A DNA stretch of 63,688 nucleotides, the filler included, from Globobulimina sp. (lineage: Eukaryota): assembly GCA_003354225.1 (NCBI GenBank). It is 19 parts of 19 records of this genome, joined end to end, with 100 filler letters (N's around TTAATTAATTAA, not from the genome) between each part and the next. Parts side by side here need not be neighbours in the genome. Positions count along the whole stretch, not along the records: positions 33,590 to 36,846 come from PIVH01003282.1; positions 36,947 to 40,202 come from PIVH01003283.1; positions 40,303 to 43,558 come from PIVH01003284.1; positions 43,659 to 46,914 come from PIVH01003285.1; positions 47,015 to 50,269 come from PIVH01003286.1; 14 more parts are not named here. One strand, 5' to 3'. This document shows, piece after piece, positions 35,492 to 48,231 of this stretch. The notes under the pieces were generated by a model. That model was not told where the DNA came from. It did no database searches and was given only the letters and a program-made list of their open reading frames with translations. Each line of letters begins with the position of its first letter. The first letter of the stretch is position 1. A program made the position numbers and the translations under genes.

Positions 35492-36673
35492 ATGCAATCA
35501 AAAGAGCTTTACGCTTTATTTTATTTTTCATTGGAATCTATTTGCTTTTTATGGTTCTTATTTAGTACAATTAGAGAGTTTCAAACATATTTTAAAAATC
35601 AACAACTCTCAGAATTACAGCTACCACTATACACAGATGATGAATCAAGTAATGTTGATATCGATGACTACAACCGTAGCAAAATAAAACTAGTACATGA
35701 ATCTTCATCGCACACTCAAAATACCGATGATATACAAAATCCAAACCACAGCAATAACCAATCAAACAAGCCATATATTTGCGGTGCGGGAAAACAAAAA
35801 ACTAGTATTTGTAGTCTTAATTCTTTGATTAGCGACACTTCGTCTTCACAGTCTGCCGATAGTACAAATATTTCACGCACTCCATTGGTTACGGAAACAG
35901 ATAATGTTAAATCAAATGGTGTTATTGGTGTTGATGTATGGTATATATTACTGTCTGTTATTAAAATTATTTGCTGGTCATTTACATTGTTTATTTCATT
36001 ATTTATGCAGTTAAATAAAGTGCAATATAGATTTACTGAGAGAGATATTGGTTTTGTGAATGAGGGTAATTTTAGTTTTTACAATAATGCATATAAAGTA
36101 TTGCCGTTATTTGCATTGTGTTATTTATGGTATTTGTCCATAGTTTATAAAGGCACACAACATGGTATTTCTCACTTATTTGAAAAATCCAAATTTTATT
36201 CATTTGATCGGCTTGAAATAATAGCATTGATTGCGTTTTTAGTGTCATATGATTTAATGTATGCATATTTTGTCAAAGACTTAAAATGGGACAAAGACTT
36301 AGACGCAGCCTCAGCTGTTCTGTATTATAATTTATTCTGTATTGTGGCAGTTTGTTTATCATTGTCATTGGATTTTGATTTGTATGATTTATACTGCCAA
36401 TCTCACATTGAATTAAGTACAGAACTCCTAATATTTAGGTTGTTGTTAAGTAATATAATTATTGCCATTCAATATAACATTTTGGTATTTATTATTGAAT
36501 CTAAATCGTTATTGGAGGATGCAAATTTATTCATCACTACATTCTGGAGTGTTTATGCATTTTTTAACAATTATTTGTTGTTTGGATTAATCAAAATTTT
36601 TGGCAGAAAATTAATATTTCATAACAGGAGTATCAAACCATATAAACCACGATCAATACATAAAATTCAATAA
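35492..36673 (+). CDS. Multi-pass membrane protein (about 7 hydrophobic segments) with a long Ser-rich first loop
   Basis: Intronless ORF; hydropathy pattern only. Confidence 0.6.
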   Translation: MQSKELYALFYFSLESICFLWFLFSTIREFQTYFKNQQLSELQLPLYTDDESSNVDIDDYNRSKIKLVHESSSHTQNTDDIQNPNHSNNQSNKPYICGAGKQKTSICSLNSLISDTSSSQSADSTNISRTPLVTETDNVKSNGVIGVDVWYILLSVIKIICWSFTLFISLFMQLNKVQYRFTERDIGFVNEGNFSFYNNAYKVLPLFALCYLWYLSIVYKGTQHGISHLFEKSKFYSFDRLEIIALIAFLVSYDLMYAYFVKDLKWDKDLDAASAVLYYNLFCIVAVCLSLSLDFDLYDLYCQSHIELSTELLIFRLLLSNIIIAIQYNILVFIIESKSLLEDANLFITTFWSVYAFFNNYLLFGLIKIFGRKLIFHNRSIKPYKPRSIHKIQ

Positions 36674-36946
36674 ATACCTTTATCCACAAGGGCGCGCCCC
36701 TCAACATTAAAAACTGTTTTTTGGAAACACACGAAATTACTGCCTTTCATTGTTTTTAAAAGTGTACAGCATACAGTAGTAGGGGCACATTCAGCCAGGG
36801 AGTAAGTCTGGCTCCATACTCACCGATTGCTTGAACATCCCGGCGANNNNNNNNNNNNNNNNNNNNNNNNNNNNNNNNNNNNNNNNNNNNTTAATTAATT
36901 AANNNNNNNNNNNNNNNNNNNNNNNNNNNNNNNNNNNNNNNNNNNN

Positions 36947-39035
36947 AAATATTATCATTTACACCATGAAGAACAGGCCCCAAAAAGTTAAAGCGCAATT
37001 TAAACGACACAGCGGACAAATGAGTATTTCAAGCATCACATTGGCTGAAATTGGAGACACATTTGTGCTGTTGACGCAAGATCAGGACAATACATTAATT
37101 ATCCCCGATTTTGAAATAACAGTCGTAAACTGCCCTCGTGGCCATGGTAAGGACACATTCAACGCACATTGTTATATTTGCGCCCAAGGTTTTTACCAAT
37201 TATTTGATGATTTTCAAGGTGATTGCAAAAACTGCAAACATGGGGACTATGATGACCAGGATGGCTTTAATTGTGTGGGCGGAGATAATATTATCATCAG
37301 TCAACATAATTGGATCGCAGTGCAAGGAATAACAGATACGAATTTATTTGATTATTTTGAGAATGATAATATTTTGTCAAGTTTTTGTCCATATAATTAT
37401 TGTTGTCAATTGGTTGATGGATGCAATTACTTATTAGATGCGGAGAGTTTGTGTGCACTGAATAGGGACTCAGATGTTCCATTATGTGGGAAATGTTTGG
37501 TGAATTACAGTGAATCGATGAATTCGCCAAACTGTACGGAATGTAGTGATAGGAATATATATTTTGAATGGTTGTTAGTTCCGATCAGTGTATCAATGAT
37601 GGTGGCATTATATTTATTAGCAACAAAATCTCGCAAAGTAACCAGTACTCCCAACATTAAACCGGATCGCAAGCCAAGTGATAATATGAAAGGAAATGCA
37701 TTTAAGCAGTTAATCAAAAATAAGCGTTTCTTACTGATGGTACAGGTCATGTTTGCAAAGATTATCATATATTATGAACAATCTCTGTCACAAATTTTAT
37801 TATCTGGCTCTATCGTGGTAAATCTATCCACATTTTCTGCTTTCTTTGATTTATCTGTCATATCTTCTCAAACTAATGCAAATGGCTGGTGTTTTATCAA
37901 TGGCTTAACAGGTAAATATATATAATATATAATATTTGAATAAATGTCATATTGTATGCAACAGCTAAAGGCAAAATTCTATGCAATTTGATTTCACCGT
38001 TTCTCACTTCCATATTAGTTATCTTTGCTGCACTTAGCATAAATAAAATGTTTAAATCAAGAAATGTACCAATTGTGAAAACATTGTTTGCTTTGTTACT
38101 ATTATGTATTGGACAAATATTATCGATTGTTTTTAAATATTTATCGTGTCAACAAATTGGAAACGACAGTCAGTACTTTGTTCACTTCTATTTTGGTATG
38201 TAACTATGTAATATGTATGATTGCATAGTAGGATATCATATAATTAGGAAATGAGCGACGTTATGGGAGTACCTGGCTCATATCTTTAATGGTATTGATA
38301 TTAATTATTTTATTTTTTATGTATTTGTTTGTGAAATTAAAACGAATGCCATTATCAGAAAAACAAAATCATCACAATCCATTGTTCGTATTTATTAAAT
38401 CATATAAACCGCAATATTATTATTGGGAGTCTGTCATCTTAGTACGAAGGATCATTGTCATATTTATTGCAGTTTCATTTAAATCAAAGTTTTCCACATT
38501 AGCACTCGTCATAATATTATGTGGCTTTTTATTTTTGCAGCATACCTATCAACCATTCATTCTTCACGAAATTAATCAAATGGAATTTATATTGTTAGTT
38601 TGCTTAATATCTGCAATATCAACGCAAATTTTATTGACTGCGCAAGCTGATTATGTGGCGGCCTATGTTTTGTTGTCATTTTTTATCGTAATTCCATTTA
38701 TATTAATTTTTTACTTTACGTGTTTAACATTTTATAAAATAAAAATTGGAAAGCAATCAAAGAATGAAAATATTAATTTCGATTTGTTTCTGTTCAAACA
38801 AAGAGTAAAATATTTTATGTTATCTGTGATTGTATGGCTTTATTATCAAAATGGGGATGCAAATGATGTTATTGATCAGCATGATGATTCTATGGCAATT
38901 ACAAGAGATGAATGCATTGAATTGGAACAAATATTGGATGACATTGATTTTCAGAATATTCAAACAAAAACAGGATATTCTGACACTGATTATTCTTCAA
39001 AAAAAATAGATTATTCTAGATCTGAAACACCATAA
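36947..39035 (+). CDS. Cys-rich ectodomain + multi-pass membrane C-terminus (protist surface receptor-like); introns ~37912-37963 and ~38199-38246; 5' partial
   Basis: CPRGHG..CYICAQGFY, CPYNYCC, LCALNR...LCGKC...YSE, SYKPQYYYWESVILVRR, YQPF...N.MEF. Confidence 0.75.
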
Positions 39036-39152
39036 TCTAGATCTTTTTGTCTGCTTTTTAATAATTGTGTGTATTTTTTGAGTTGCATGGTGTGTAATAG
39101 TATTTTTTTTCAAACGTGAGATTCTCGTTTTTGTTTTCTTAGTGTTTTTAAG

Positions 39153-40174
39153 CATGTCGGTTTTAGCACTAGATAAGCACAGAAGAAAGGCAGGTAATAA
39201 TAAGTTTGTGTTAATTAATGTACGTCCATATATATAATTGTTAAACATAAATCCAAAAGGTCCATTATCCTCACTATCACCATCTAACCCAGCCCGTGTT
39301 GTTGCGAATAACCCCGCTCCCTCAACGATTGGAGCAGTGATTGGAACGCAAATATTTAATTCTGCATCGACAGCAAGCAATGTTTTAACAGAAACCATAA
39401 ACACTGGCGCCATTACTGCGGGAATTGTGACTGGCATTCAATTTGTGTCTGATACATATTGTTGTGTGACTGGCAAAATGGCAGCAAAAGAATTGGGCCG
39501 CAGAGTAGTTCGAAATTCAACAGGTATCCTTGCACCTTTTTTATATATGAATGAATTCTATGTATTGATATATAGTGAATGGAACAGCAGTAATTGGCGG
39601 TGCTGGAGGGAGTGCCGTGGGCGGTGCCATTGGGACGGCAGTGATGCCCGGAACAGGGACGGTGATCGGAAGTGTGATAGGCGGCGTTTGTGGCAGTATT
39701 GGTTTTGGCAAATTGGTGAATGATAAGTTTGAAGATTGGTGGCGAGGATATAAGATACATTATGTCAAGGACAGCAATGAGATTTTGAACTTATCATTGT
39801 CTTATTTTGGATATGAGGCAAAGGATTTTAAGGATGATGATATTGTAAATATGGAGACGGTGACATTACGATACAAGGAACGATGCAAAGTTTACCATCC
39901 CGACAAAGGCGGCTCGAAGGAAGAATGGATCACTTTGGTCAATCATTTTGCGGTCATTACTGATTCGCTGAGGAAAAGGGACAAAGGCAAAAGAAAGAAA
40001 AACAGAAAAAACTCATTGAATATGGCGCATCAGCAACAAATAAAACAATTAGAAATGGAGAAACAAGCCATGAATCAGGAAATACAAAGCTTGCGACAAC
40101 AGTTACAACAAATCAATGCCAATCAGTCTAATTATAGAAATAACGATTTTTATGATGTCAATTTAAACCAATAA
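39153..40174 (+). CDS. Glycine-zipper + J-domain protein with C-terminal coiled coil; two short introns
   Basis: GGAGGSAVGGAIGTAVMPGTGTVIGSVIGGVCG; RYKERCKVYHPDKGGS (HPD motif). Confidence 0.75.
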
Positions 40175-40302
40175 TATTATATTTGCTTTTTTATATGGCA
40201 TTNNNNNNNNNNNNNNNNNNNNNNNNNNNNNNNNNNNNNNNNNNNNTTAATTAATTAANNNNNNNNNNNNNNNNNNNNNNNNNNNNNNNNNNNNNNNNNN
40301 NN

Positions 40303-42649
40303 AACTTGCCACCACCAAATATGCCATCAGTATCCACTCCAACCAAAATGGATCAAAATGCCATGGATGTTCATATACGCAAACAACGGCTAAACTCTCT
40401 AGACGCATTAGTACGTGACTCAATCGCAGACAATTCCTCCAGCGACGAATACGATGATATACAAATAGCAAAAGAATCAAAACAAACCGGCAACGAAGAC
40501 CTCACCATCGATGATGACAAACTAATCGCATTAATAAATAGCAGCAGCGGTGCGCGCAAAGGATGGATGTTAATGCGTGAATTGCTAAAATATGACGCCT
40601 CTGTTTATCATTTACGTGATTTATCTGTCAATGAAACTATAATGCATAATTTCGGTGAGGAATTATTAAAATACAGAGGCAAATGTTTAGTATTAATCTG
40701 TGGCGGCGACGGTAAGTCTAAAATATCTATTTTCATATTTATAACATACATAACACATTGCACTAATTATAGGCAGCCAAGCATGGGCCGCATCATTGAT
40801 TGATAAATGTATAGCAGCCGTAACAATGCACGAATCCATCCCTTTTCCCCCAATTTGTGTATTTCCAATGGGAACAGGCAATGATTTATCGCGTTGTTTA
40901 GGATGGGGATCACTGGAACCAAATCATAAAAATATCCTCCAATCTATTGCAGATGTCAAGTTTTGCAGTAAAATCACGAAGCGATGGAGTGATTTGGATC
41001 GATGGCGAGTGACCTATACTTTTGATAACATCATCGAGCACGACATCCCCATAGCTAATGACCCACAAATCAACCACACCATTGACAATGTCATGGATAT
41101 AGACCGCAACAAATATGAAATTAAGCCAGCAAAGCAATTCTATATCCAACAGCATCCCTCATCGCAAGCATATAAACACATTCATAAGTTCGACCCACCA
41201 CTCCCATCTACTTTTGTTTAGTAACTGTATATGATATAACTCGCATTTTCGCAGTCAACTCCATATTAAGCAATTGTTTCTCGCTCGGTTTCATATCATA
41301 CATTGTATATAGCTCTGTTATCTATCCATTGGGTACGACGCTTTGGTGGCGTAAAAATTTGCGCAAGAACGGCGAGAACACCCCGACAGATTCAACAACC
41401 AAATAAAAAACCAGGTCATGTACGTCAAGCATGGCTTTACCGAATTCTTCAAACCGTCCGAGCCCATCAACGACTGCATCGATGTCCTGATTGGCAACAA
41501 AAACATAGCCCTTCCCACTGGCTGCCGCTCCTTGAAAGTGATCAACATCAACAGTGCCATGAATGGCTTATTCTTTTGGGGCGCGGGCAAATCGCGCGAC
41601 TTTGAATACCAACAACAACATCGGCCGCAATTAGACGACGGCAAGTTAGAGGTGATGGCGACGCGAGGCGTCCACGATATGATTGCGTATCGAGCCAATA
41701 TCTCCCACGCACAGCGCATCTCGCAATGCAACGATGTCATTCTACGCTTTAAAAACCTACCAAAGGACGGCATTGCGCTGCAAATTGACGGCGAGGCCTG
41801 GATCATTCGGCAGGAATGCAGCCTTCGTATACAAATCCACGATAAATTGCCCGTTGTGGTGGGATATAACCAGCCCCGCGGTGTGCAATCGTGGCTAATG
41901 GCGTCGTTGGATGATGAGCATATCGTGAAAGCCAAAGAAACCTTCAGAGCACGGTTGAAAAATAAATATGAAAATAAAACCGACAAAGTGCGGCCTGATC
42001 ATAATAGCGATTCTGAGCAGTCCATCACACCGACGCCGACCTCGAGTGATGAGGATAAGGAGAAAGAGAGTAAAAATATTGTGGATAAAATATTAAATCA
42101 GTCCTCTTCGTCCATTTTGTCCTTGTTTAATATAAATAATGTGCCGCCAAATGCGAGTGACGAGGAGGAGAAGGATGGCAATAACAGCAAAAATAAGAAA
42201 CCGCCTGCTTTTTTTGATAAAATTGGTGAGCTGTTAAAGATACAAAAGAGTGCGGAGAGGGAGAGAGAGGATGTGAAGAGTCAAGAAGTCATGGAACGTA
42301 CTCCGAGCTTTGAAGAGGTGGATATCACTCAATATGTAGAAAATAATCCGTGTATTAAGAATGATAAAAATAATATCTTACAATCCTCCATTTTCTCTGC
42401 CAAAAAAGTTAAACTGTTTTTTGTTTTATATGTTGTTATGCAGTGTATGTTATTTTATATGTTAAGAATGGCTTATTTCTGGACAAATTTACCTGGTGGA
42501 AAGTGACGAGAGCAAAGAATTACGATAAAGCCATTGATGCAGAAACAGCCACAGATGCGATAGCGTCAGGTAATAAGCATGAAAATATACGGAAAACCAA
42601 ATCGTTTGCAGTTTTATCTAAAAAAGGACGGTCAGCCTCTTTATTCTAA
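40303..42649 (+). CDS. Diacylglycerol kinase (catalytic + accessory domains); multi-exon, 5' partial
   Basis: LINSSSG, ICGGDG, PMGTGNDLSRCLGWG, DRW, LDDGKLEV, QIDGEAW. Confidence 0.9.
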
Positions 42650-43123
42650 GACGTAGTGAATCTCATATTATTGTATTGATAATGTATTAAGGATTTTGTT
42701 TTTAATGTCGAGTTGCAATATTTATATATGCGGGTTGGAGATGCTTATTCATTGTATTTGAAGAAATAGGAAATTGTTTTTGTGTTTGCGTTTTTCTTTT
42801 GTTCTCATTATGTTATTGGATTTGTTGTGATTTCCTATTTTTAATGGTACATAAAAAGAAAAATCTCAATTCCCTGCCATTGTGACTCCATTGTTTACAT
42901 TATTTTTTTCTTTTTGTTTTTTTTTTCATTTTCTGCAATGTGGATAAGCACATTTTGACATTTTTTGATTTTCTTTTGCTTTTTTTTTATTATCGTTTTT
43001 TTAAGGATCGAATGTAAATTTTATTTTTGTGATTTGTTATAATCTGGAATGTATTTTAAATATAATTAAGTTGGTATATCTTTGTGTATTGTAGTATTTA
43101 ATTAATTCATTTACTGTTAAACG

Positions 43124-43183
43124 ATGAGTTCTGATAAATAACCCATCCATTGAGATGGGAGGTGGTTATCTCTCCGAACTCAT
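43124..43183. repeat. Short imperfect hairpin
   Basis: ATGAGTTC...GAACTCAT outer stem with inner ATAACC/GGTTAT and CCCAT/ATGGG pairing. Confidence 0.5.
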
Positions 43184-43292
43184 TATCAGACTGAAGAATC
43201 AAATTCATATATCAGAAATTCTGAATATAGCGTTTTTCCTTATTCGGCTGAGCCGCTGACGTTCTTCACTTTTTGGAAAAGTCTGGTTTTAA

Positions 43293-43558
43293 ATGATAAA
43301 AACAAATAAAGATGAATTTGTTTGGAATGTTGATGATAAATCATTACAAGATTTTAAATCATCAAAGCCAACAAAATATACATATGTTAGTCCACAATTC
43401 CAAACAAGTAATGGCGCAAAATTCAAAATACGATGGGATTATGGTGGAATGCCATTTTTAACTTTAACAACAACATTACAACATCAAAGTATTGTGGGCA
43501 GTGCAAATATGAACTACCAGAAATTGGTATAATATTTGACACAATTCTCATTTTCATG
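43293..43558 (+). CDS. MATH-like domain fragment
   Basis: EFVWNVD..SLQDFK...YVSPQF...KFKIRW; short and probably degraded. Confidence 0.3.
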
Positions 43559-43658
43559 NNNNNNNNNNNNNNNNNNNNNNNNNNNNNNNNNNNNNNNNNN
43601 NNTTAATTAATTAANNNNNNNNNNNNNNNNNNNNNNNNNNNNNNNNNNNNNNNNNNNN

Positions 43659-44152
43659 AGAATAGGACCTGTTTGAAACACTGCGTTTTAGAAAAAATTT
43701 AAAACCTATGGAGAGGTCATCACCATCTCCTAACAAAACGACTTGCGAATTTGCGGAGTCTAAAAACAATGTGTTTCAAACATATTCTAAAGTATTATAA
43801 TTCATTATGTATGGTGAGAAAATAAGAAATATTTAATTTATTATTAAATTATAAATTCTCATTTAAGAACAAGAAGGATGTTAATAAACCAATAAAGAGC
43901 TCATATAATGGTGTTAATGTTATTCATCCTCCGGTTGGTGTCGTTGTTCAACGTTTATAAATAATAAATTAAATATTTCTTATTTTCTCACCATACATAA
44001 TGAATTATAATACTTTAGAATATGTTTGAAACACATTGTTTTTAGAATCCGCAAATTCGGAAGTCGTTTTGTTAGGAGATGGTGATGACCTCTCCATAGG
44101 TTTTAAATTTTTTCTAAAACGCAGTGTTTCAAACAGGTCCTATTCTAAAGTA
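43659..44152. mobile_element. Foldback/MITE-like element: 187-bp inverted arms (43659-43845 and 43960-44146, 2 mismatches) around a 114-bp spacer
   Basis: Direct base-by-base comparison of the arms. The left arm is cut by the contig end. Confidence 0.75.
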
Positions 44153-44499
44153 TGTATTCTGAAGAGCAATTTTAATTCAGAGCTTAAACCTACTGAAAAG
44201 TGAAAACAGTGCAGTCATAGCCCAGGATTGATGTCGTCAATAACGAGAATTAAAACCTGTGGGCTTCTTGTTTTTCCCTGGATTGTTTCGTCAAGTGCAG
44301 CATGCATTGATTGGGTACAGTATTCGCGAATAACTAGTGTGTATTGATTGGTGCACAATTATGTATGTAATATTGTGTACACTCTGTGAATCTACATTTA
44401 AAACGGCGATACGTAATAGGCTTCCTACCACGGAGAGCTTAGTTTATTTCGGACTTTGATTGCACTCAGAAAAATAAATTGAAAAGGTAAATTACAAAA

Positions 44500-46467
44500 T
44501 TACTCATGTTGTGGTAGCAATGGTGTACATTCATCTGACTCACTTTCATTTTCAACATATTTATTTTTGCTTTGCCTTTTCCAACATGCGCGTACTATAA
44601 AAATTATTATTCCACTACACATAATAAATATATATATTGCATTGTATGATTGCAGTTCATTACAATTATCAACAATATCAATATATGATTTAAATATATC
44701 ATTCCATGATAACAATACATTGTTTTCATTTGAATATTTATCCATTTCTTGCCAAGACAAATGATATGATTTTTGTTTCTCACAATCATAACTCTCAATT
44801 TGTGCCAACGTCCCTTGTTTACTCATTTCGATTGGGTCTGAATTATATTTAACATATTCTTTTATATTATCCTCGCTAAATAATTGAGCCATCAGTTTAC
44901 TTACAATTTGTGGGTATTCTCCCGCCACATTACACGCTTCAATCTGATCAAAACCTATCTCAAATAACATAATATCATCATATTCAAACATCGATTCATC
45001 CCCAGATGCATAGTCATCACCATTCAAATATTTATCATAACATTCCGACTGAAATAACTGTTTATGATTCACCAACATATATTGATAAACATCCATCGGT
45101 GGTTTTAATGTATATTCATCATCATAATTAACCCAATATTTATTACTTGCAATCTCAACAAATGATAATGATGCATTTACCACTAATTTCCACTCGTTTG
45201 TTCGTATATAACTTGCTTTAAATCCTTCCTCTTTGTTTCCAGCATCAATCATCTCAAAATGTTGGATAACGTCACGTCTTTTTTGATCATCACCACCATT
45301 ACAAATACTCGGCCATAAATCCAAACCATCGATATCTGCATCATCCTCACCAATCTCAGCCATACTTTTAATGATTGCAAACCAATCTGATATATGAAGC
45401 ATATTATTATACTCCACACCGATATTATTACAGTGCTGATTGAGATATCCACCATATATGACGGCTGGTGTCCTGACTCCTCCTTCGAATGTGCTCCCTT
45501 TAGCTCCTCTCAATGGCAATGTTTGTCCATAACCAGCTGGCAATGTTTTCCAATTTGGATTTGGACCGTTATCACTCAACACAATAACCACTGTATTCTC
45601 AAATACATTTTTGATCAACAAACTCTGTATAATCTCACCAATTAACTCGTCGCCATACATCAATACATTGCAAAATGGTCTCCTTTCATCATCATTGCAT
45701 TGGTTGTATACTTTTGGTGGATCTTCCAATGGCCAATGCGGTGTTGGCATTGCATAATAAATGAAAAACGGATTGTTATCATCGTAGTCCTGGATATATT
45801 TTATGACAGCATTTGTAAATAAACGTTCGTTATAAACACCATCAATTCCATTTCCTTCCATTTTATTATAGGCTTCGTCCCATAAATCATGAGAACAAAA
45901 TCCATGTTCAAACTTATTTTGTATCATTGTTTGTAATTCGTTATCAATGCGAATATGCATTGTATAATATATGAGTGGCCATGATGGACATGATAAGTGT
46001 GTGGAATATGTGGTCGCTCCGGCTTCGAAAAACAATGCTTTATCAAATCCGCGATTAAATGGTAAATATGACTTGGATGAATATCCTAAATGATGCTTTC
46101 CAAACATTGCAGTGTTGTATTGTCTGGTTTTTAATATGTCTGATATAAATGGTAAATTTTCATTTGTGTGCTGCGTTGTTTGTTGATATATTATATTTGC
46201 TGCGCCCGTACGCCATGCATAGCGACCCGTTAATAATGAGGACCGCGATGCGGAACAAATTGTATTTGCATAATGGTAATTAATTTTGATACCCTCCGAA
46301 GCTAATTTATTTAACGTTGGCGTCGGGATGTGTCCACCGTTATAATTTATATCGGTGTATCCAAGGTCGTCCATCATTATTAAAATTATATTCGGTGATG
46401 ATGCTTGCATATTGGAGCAATATAATACCAATATTAAATTAAAAATCAAGATCCACGAAACCATTAT
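44500..46467 (-). CDS. Arylsulfatase B-like sulfatase with signal peptide, C-terminal TM and dileucine motif
   Basis: PNIILIMMDDLGY, CSASRSSLLTGRY, FGKHHLG, PFNRGFD, PHWPL, SDNG, PLRGAKGSTFEGGVR; tail ECTPLL. Confidence 0.92.
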   Translation of the reverse strand: MMVSWILIFNLILVLYCSNMQASSPNIILIMMDDLGYTDINYNGGHIPTPTLNKLASEGIKINYHYANTICSASRSSLLTGRYAWRTGAANIIYQQTTQHTNENLPFISDILKTRQYNTAMFGKHHLGYSSKSYLPFNRGFDKALFFEAGATTYSTHLSCPSWPLIYYTMHIRIDNELQTMIQNKFEHGFCSHDLWDEAYNKMEGNGIDGVYNERLFTNAVIKYIQDYDDNNPFFIYYAMPTPHWPLEDPPKVYNQCNDDERRPFCNVLMYGDELIGEIIQSLLIKNVFENTVVIVLSDNGPNPNWKTLPAGYGQTLPLRGAKGSTFEGGVRTPAVIYGGYLNQHCNNIGVEYNNMLHISDWFAIIKSMAEIGEDDADIDGLDLWPSICNGGDDQKRRDVIQHFEMIDAGNKEEGFKASYIRTNEWKLVVNASLSFVEIASNKYWVNYDDEYTLKPPMDVYQYMLVNHKQLFQSECYDKYLNGDDYASGDESMFEYDDIMLFEIGFDQIEACNVAGEYPQIVSKLMAQLFSEDNIKEYVKYNSDPIEMSKQGTLAQIESYDCEKQKSYHLSWQEMDKYSNENNVLLSWNDIFKSYIDIVDNCNELQSYNAIYIFIMCSGIIIFIVRACWKRQSKNKYVENESESDECTPLLPQHE

Positions 46468-47142
46468 GTTTAACAAAAACAAACTTCAGTAAACCAGTCA
46501 AAAAATTCTTTTAAATTTCCTGTTTCACATTCAATAATATAAAACCTAAAACACATTCAAGAATATATCCAACCTGGAATTCTGTCTAGAATTCCTCGAA
46601 TAAATTTAATACGATTACAAGTAAATATATTGAATCACAATGGCCAATTACCCACCATCACCATGCTCAAGTGAAGGAACACCAGATTCAGGTACCATTA
46701 TTCAAATGTTCGTGTCGGTTGTGTCGCAAACACTTTTTGTATAATTTAGAATCAAGCTCAACACATTCACAGCCTGCCATGCAACCATTACCACAAAAAC
46801 AAGCAAAATTTAAATTAACACCACTCAATCGTCCACAAAAAAACATTGATAAACATGATGAAAAGGTTGCTTCTTTAATATATTTCTATATATCGTTTTG
46901 AAATTATATTTTTANNNNNNNNNNNNNNNNNNNNNNNNNNNNNNNNNNNNNNNNNNNNTTAATTAATTAANNNNNNNNNNNNNNNNNNNNNNNNNNNNNN
47001 NNNNNNNNNNNNNNCATTCAGTTTCATTCAAATGTTGAATGGTTGTAATTGTATACATATGGGCTTATTCAATGAATAGAGCATCTCACAAATTCTAACC
47101 AACGCGTAATGGGTATGAATGGCATTCATTATCCATTCATTC

Positions 47143-48172
47143 CTATACAAATCCGTTCAATATATAATTGTAAAATAAATAAAAAAAATTGTACGAAACA
47201 TCCGGTTGTTTTTCATTGAGCCATGATGGCACTGTACATACAAAGGAAAAATTAAAAAACTGCAACGGGAACACATTGCCAATCCCATCCATATTGAAGT
47301 TGGTCAAGTTTGTTTGTAAAGTTGTTTTAATGAAACATGTTGAAAATGGAAACAAAATGCACATTAATAATATAATGATCAGCAATGCATAGATGGATAA
47401 ATATTGCATCCACATAATTTGATATAAATCTTTCAAACAAAAAGGAATGATGCATATCATTACAATGATAGTACCTAATGATAACACATACGAGTTGAGG
47501 TCAAATGGATTGAATGTATTGTTTGTATTATCTCCGTCAATGCCAACAAACTTTGGATAAAACTGTATGCCAAATGTTGAGCCAAATAGGTGACAAATCA
47601 ACTGATCAACAATATGACAGGTCTAGTTATGGTACAATGCAACATTAACTTATTGAAATAGAATGGAATACATACAAAAAGAAAGTAACTTGGATGATAT
47701 TGGTGATAATCAATGATATCATAAATAAGTAAAAAATTAATTGTGATATTATAGAAAATAATTGTGACTGGAAAAATGTGCTTTGCTTTTTTGGCAGAGC
47801 CACATTGTGGCCATGGATAGTCCCGTTTGCCTCCGTAGATAATGACCGTTTGTCCACTTGAATAGGTTCGCAATAATACTTAATTAAATCTAGATATTCA
47901 ATCCGCAACGAGAAATCCTCATTGTCTGGTATTTTCTGGATGCTTTCCACCACAGTAATGGATATTATGCATGACAGAATTGTTAAAAATACGGTAATAA
48001 TGGTGCACGTCAGTAATCCAGTCTGTTGATATAGTAATCCCGTGAATGCTAATCCAGGGCCAACTGCATTATTAATCAACAGAAAAACTCCACCGGTCAG
48101 TGATATGCTTTTTATCCCGCCAAAATCAATAGATTCTAAACTATCCGCACGGAACCATGACGGAAAATGCAT
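47143..48172 (-). CDS. Amino acid permease (Aa_trans/AAAP-like); intron near 47615-47690; 3' end unclear
   Basis: SISLTGGVFLLINNAVGPGL...YQQTG, multiple TM helices, FNFSFVCTVPSWLNEKQP. Confidence 0.75.
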
Positions 48173-48231
48173 AGGAAAACTTTTGATTTTAATAGCTGAA
48201 AAACATTTAGCTAGGAGTGAGTAATCGGAAA

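Noticed and set aside
41318-41986. 222-aa minus-strand ORF
   Set aside because: It is antisense to the well-supported diacylglycerol kinase exon and has no motifs.
47015-47142. CATTCA/TGAATG-rich stretch as a satellite or element
   Set aside because: It is too short and degenerate to define a unit, and may be intron or chimeric contig-end sequence.
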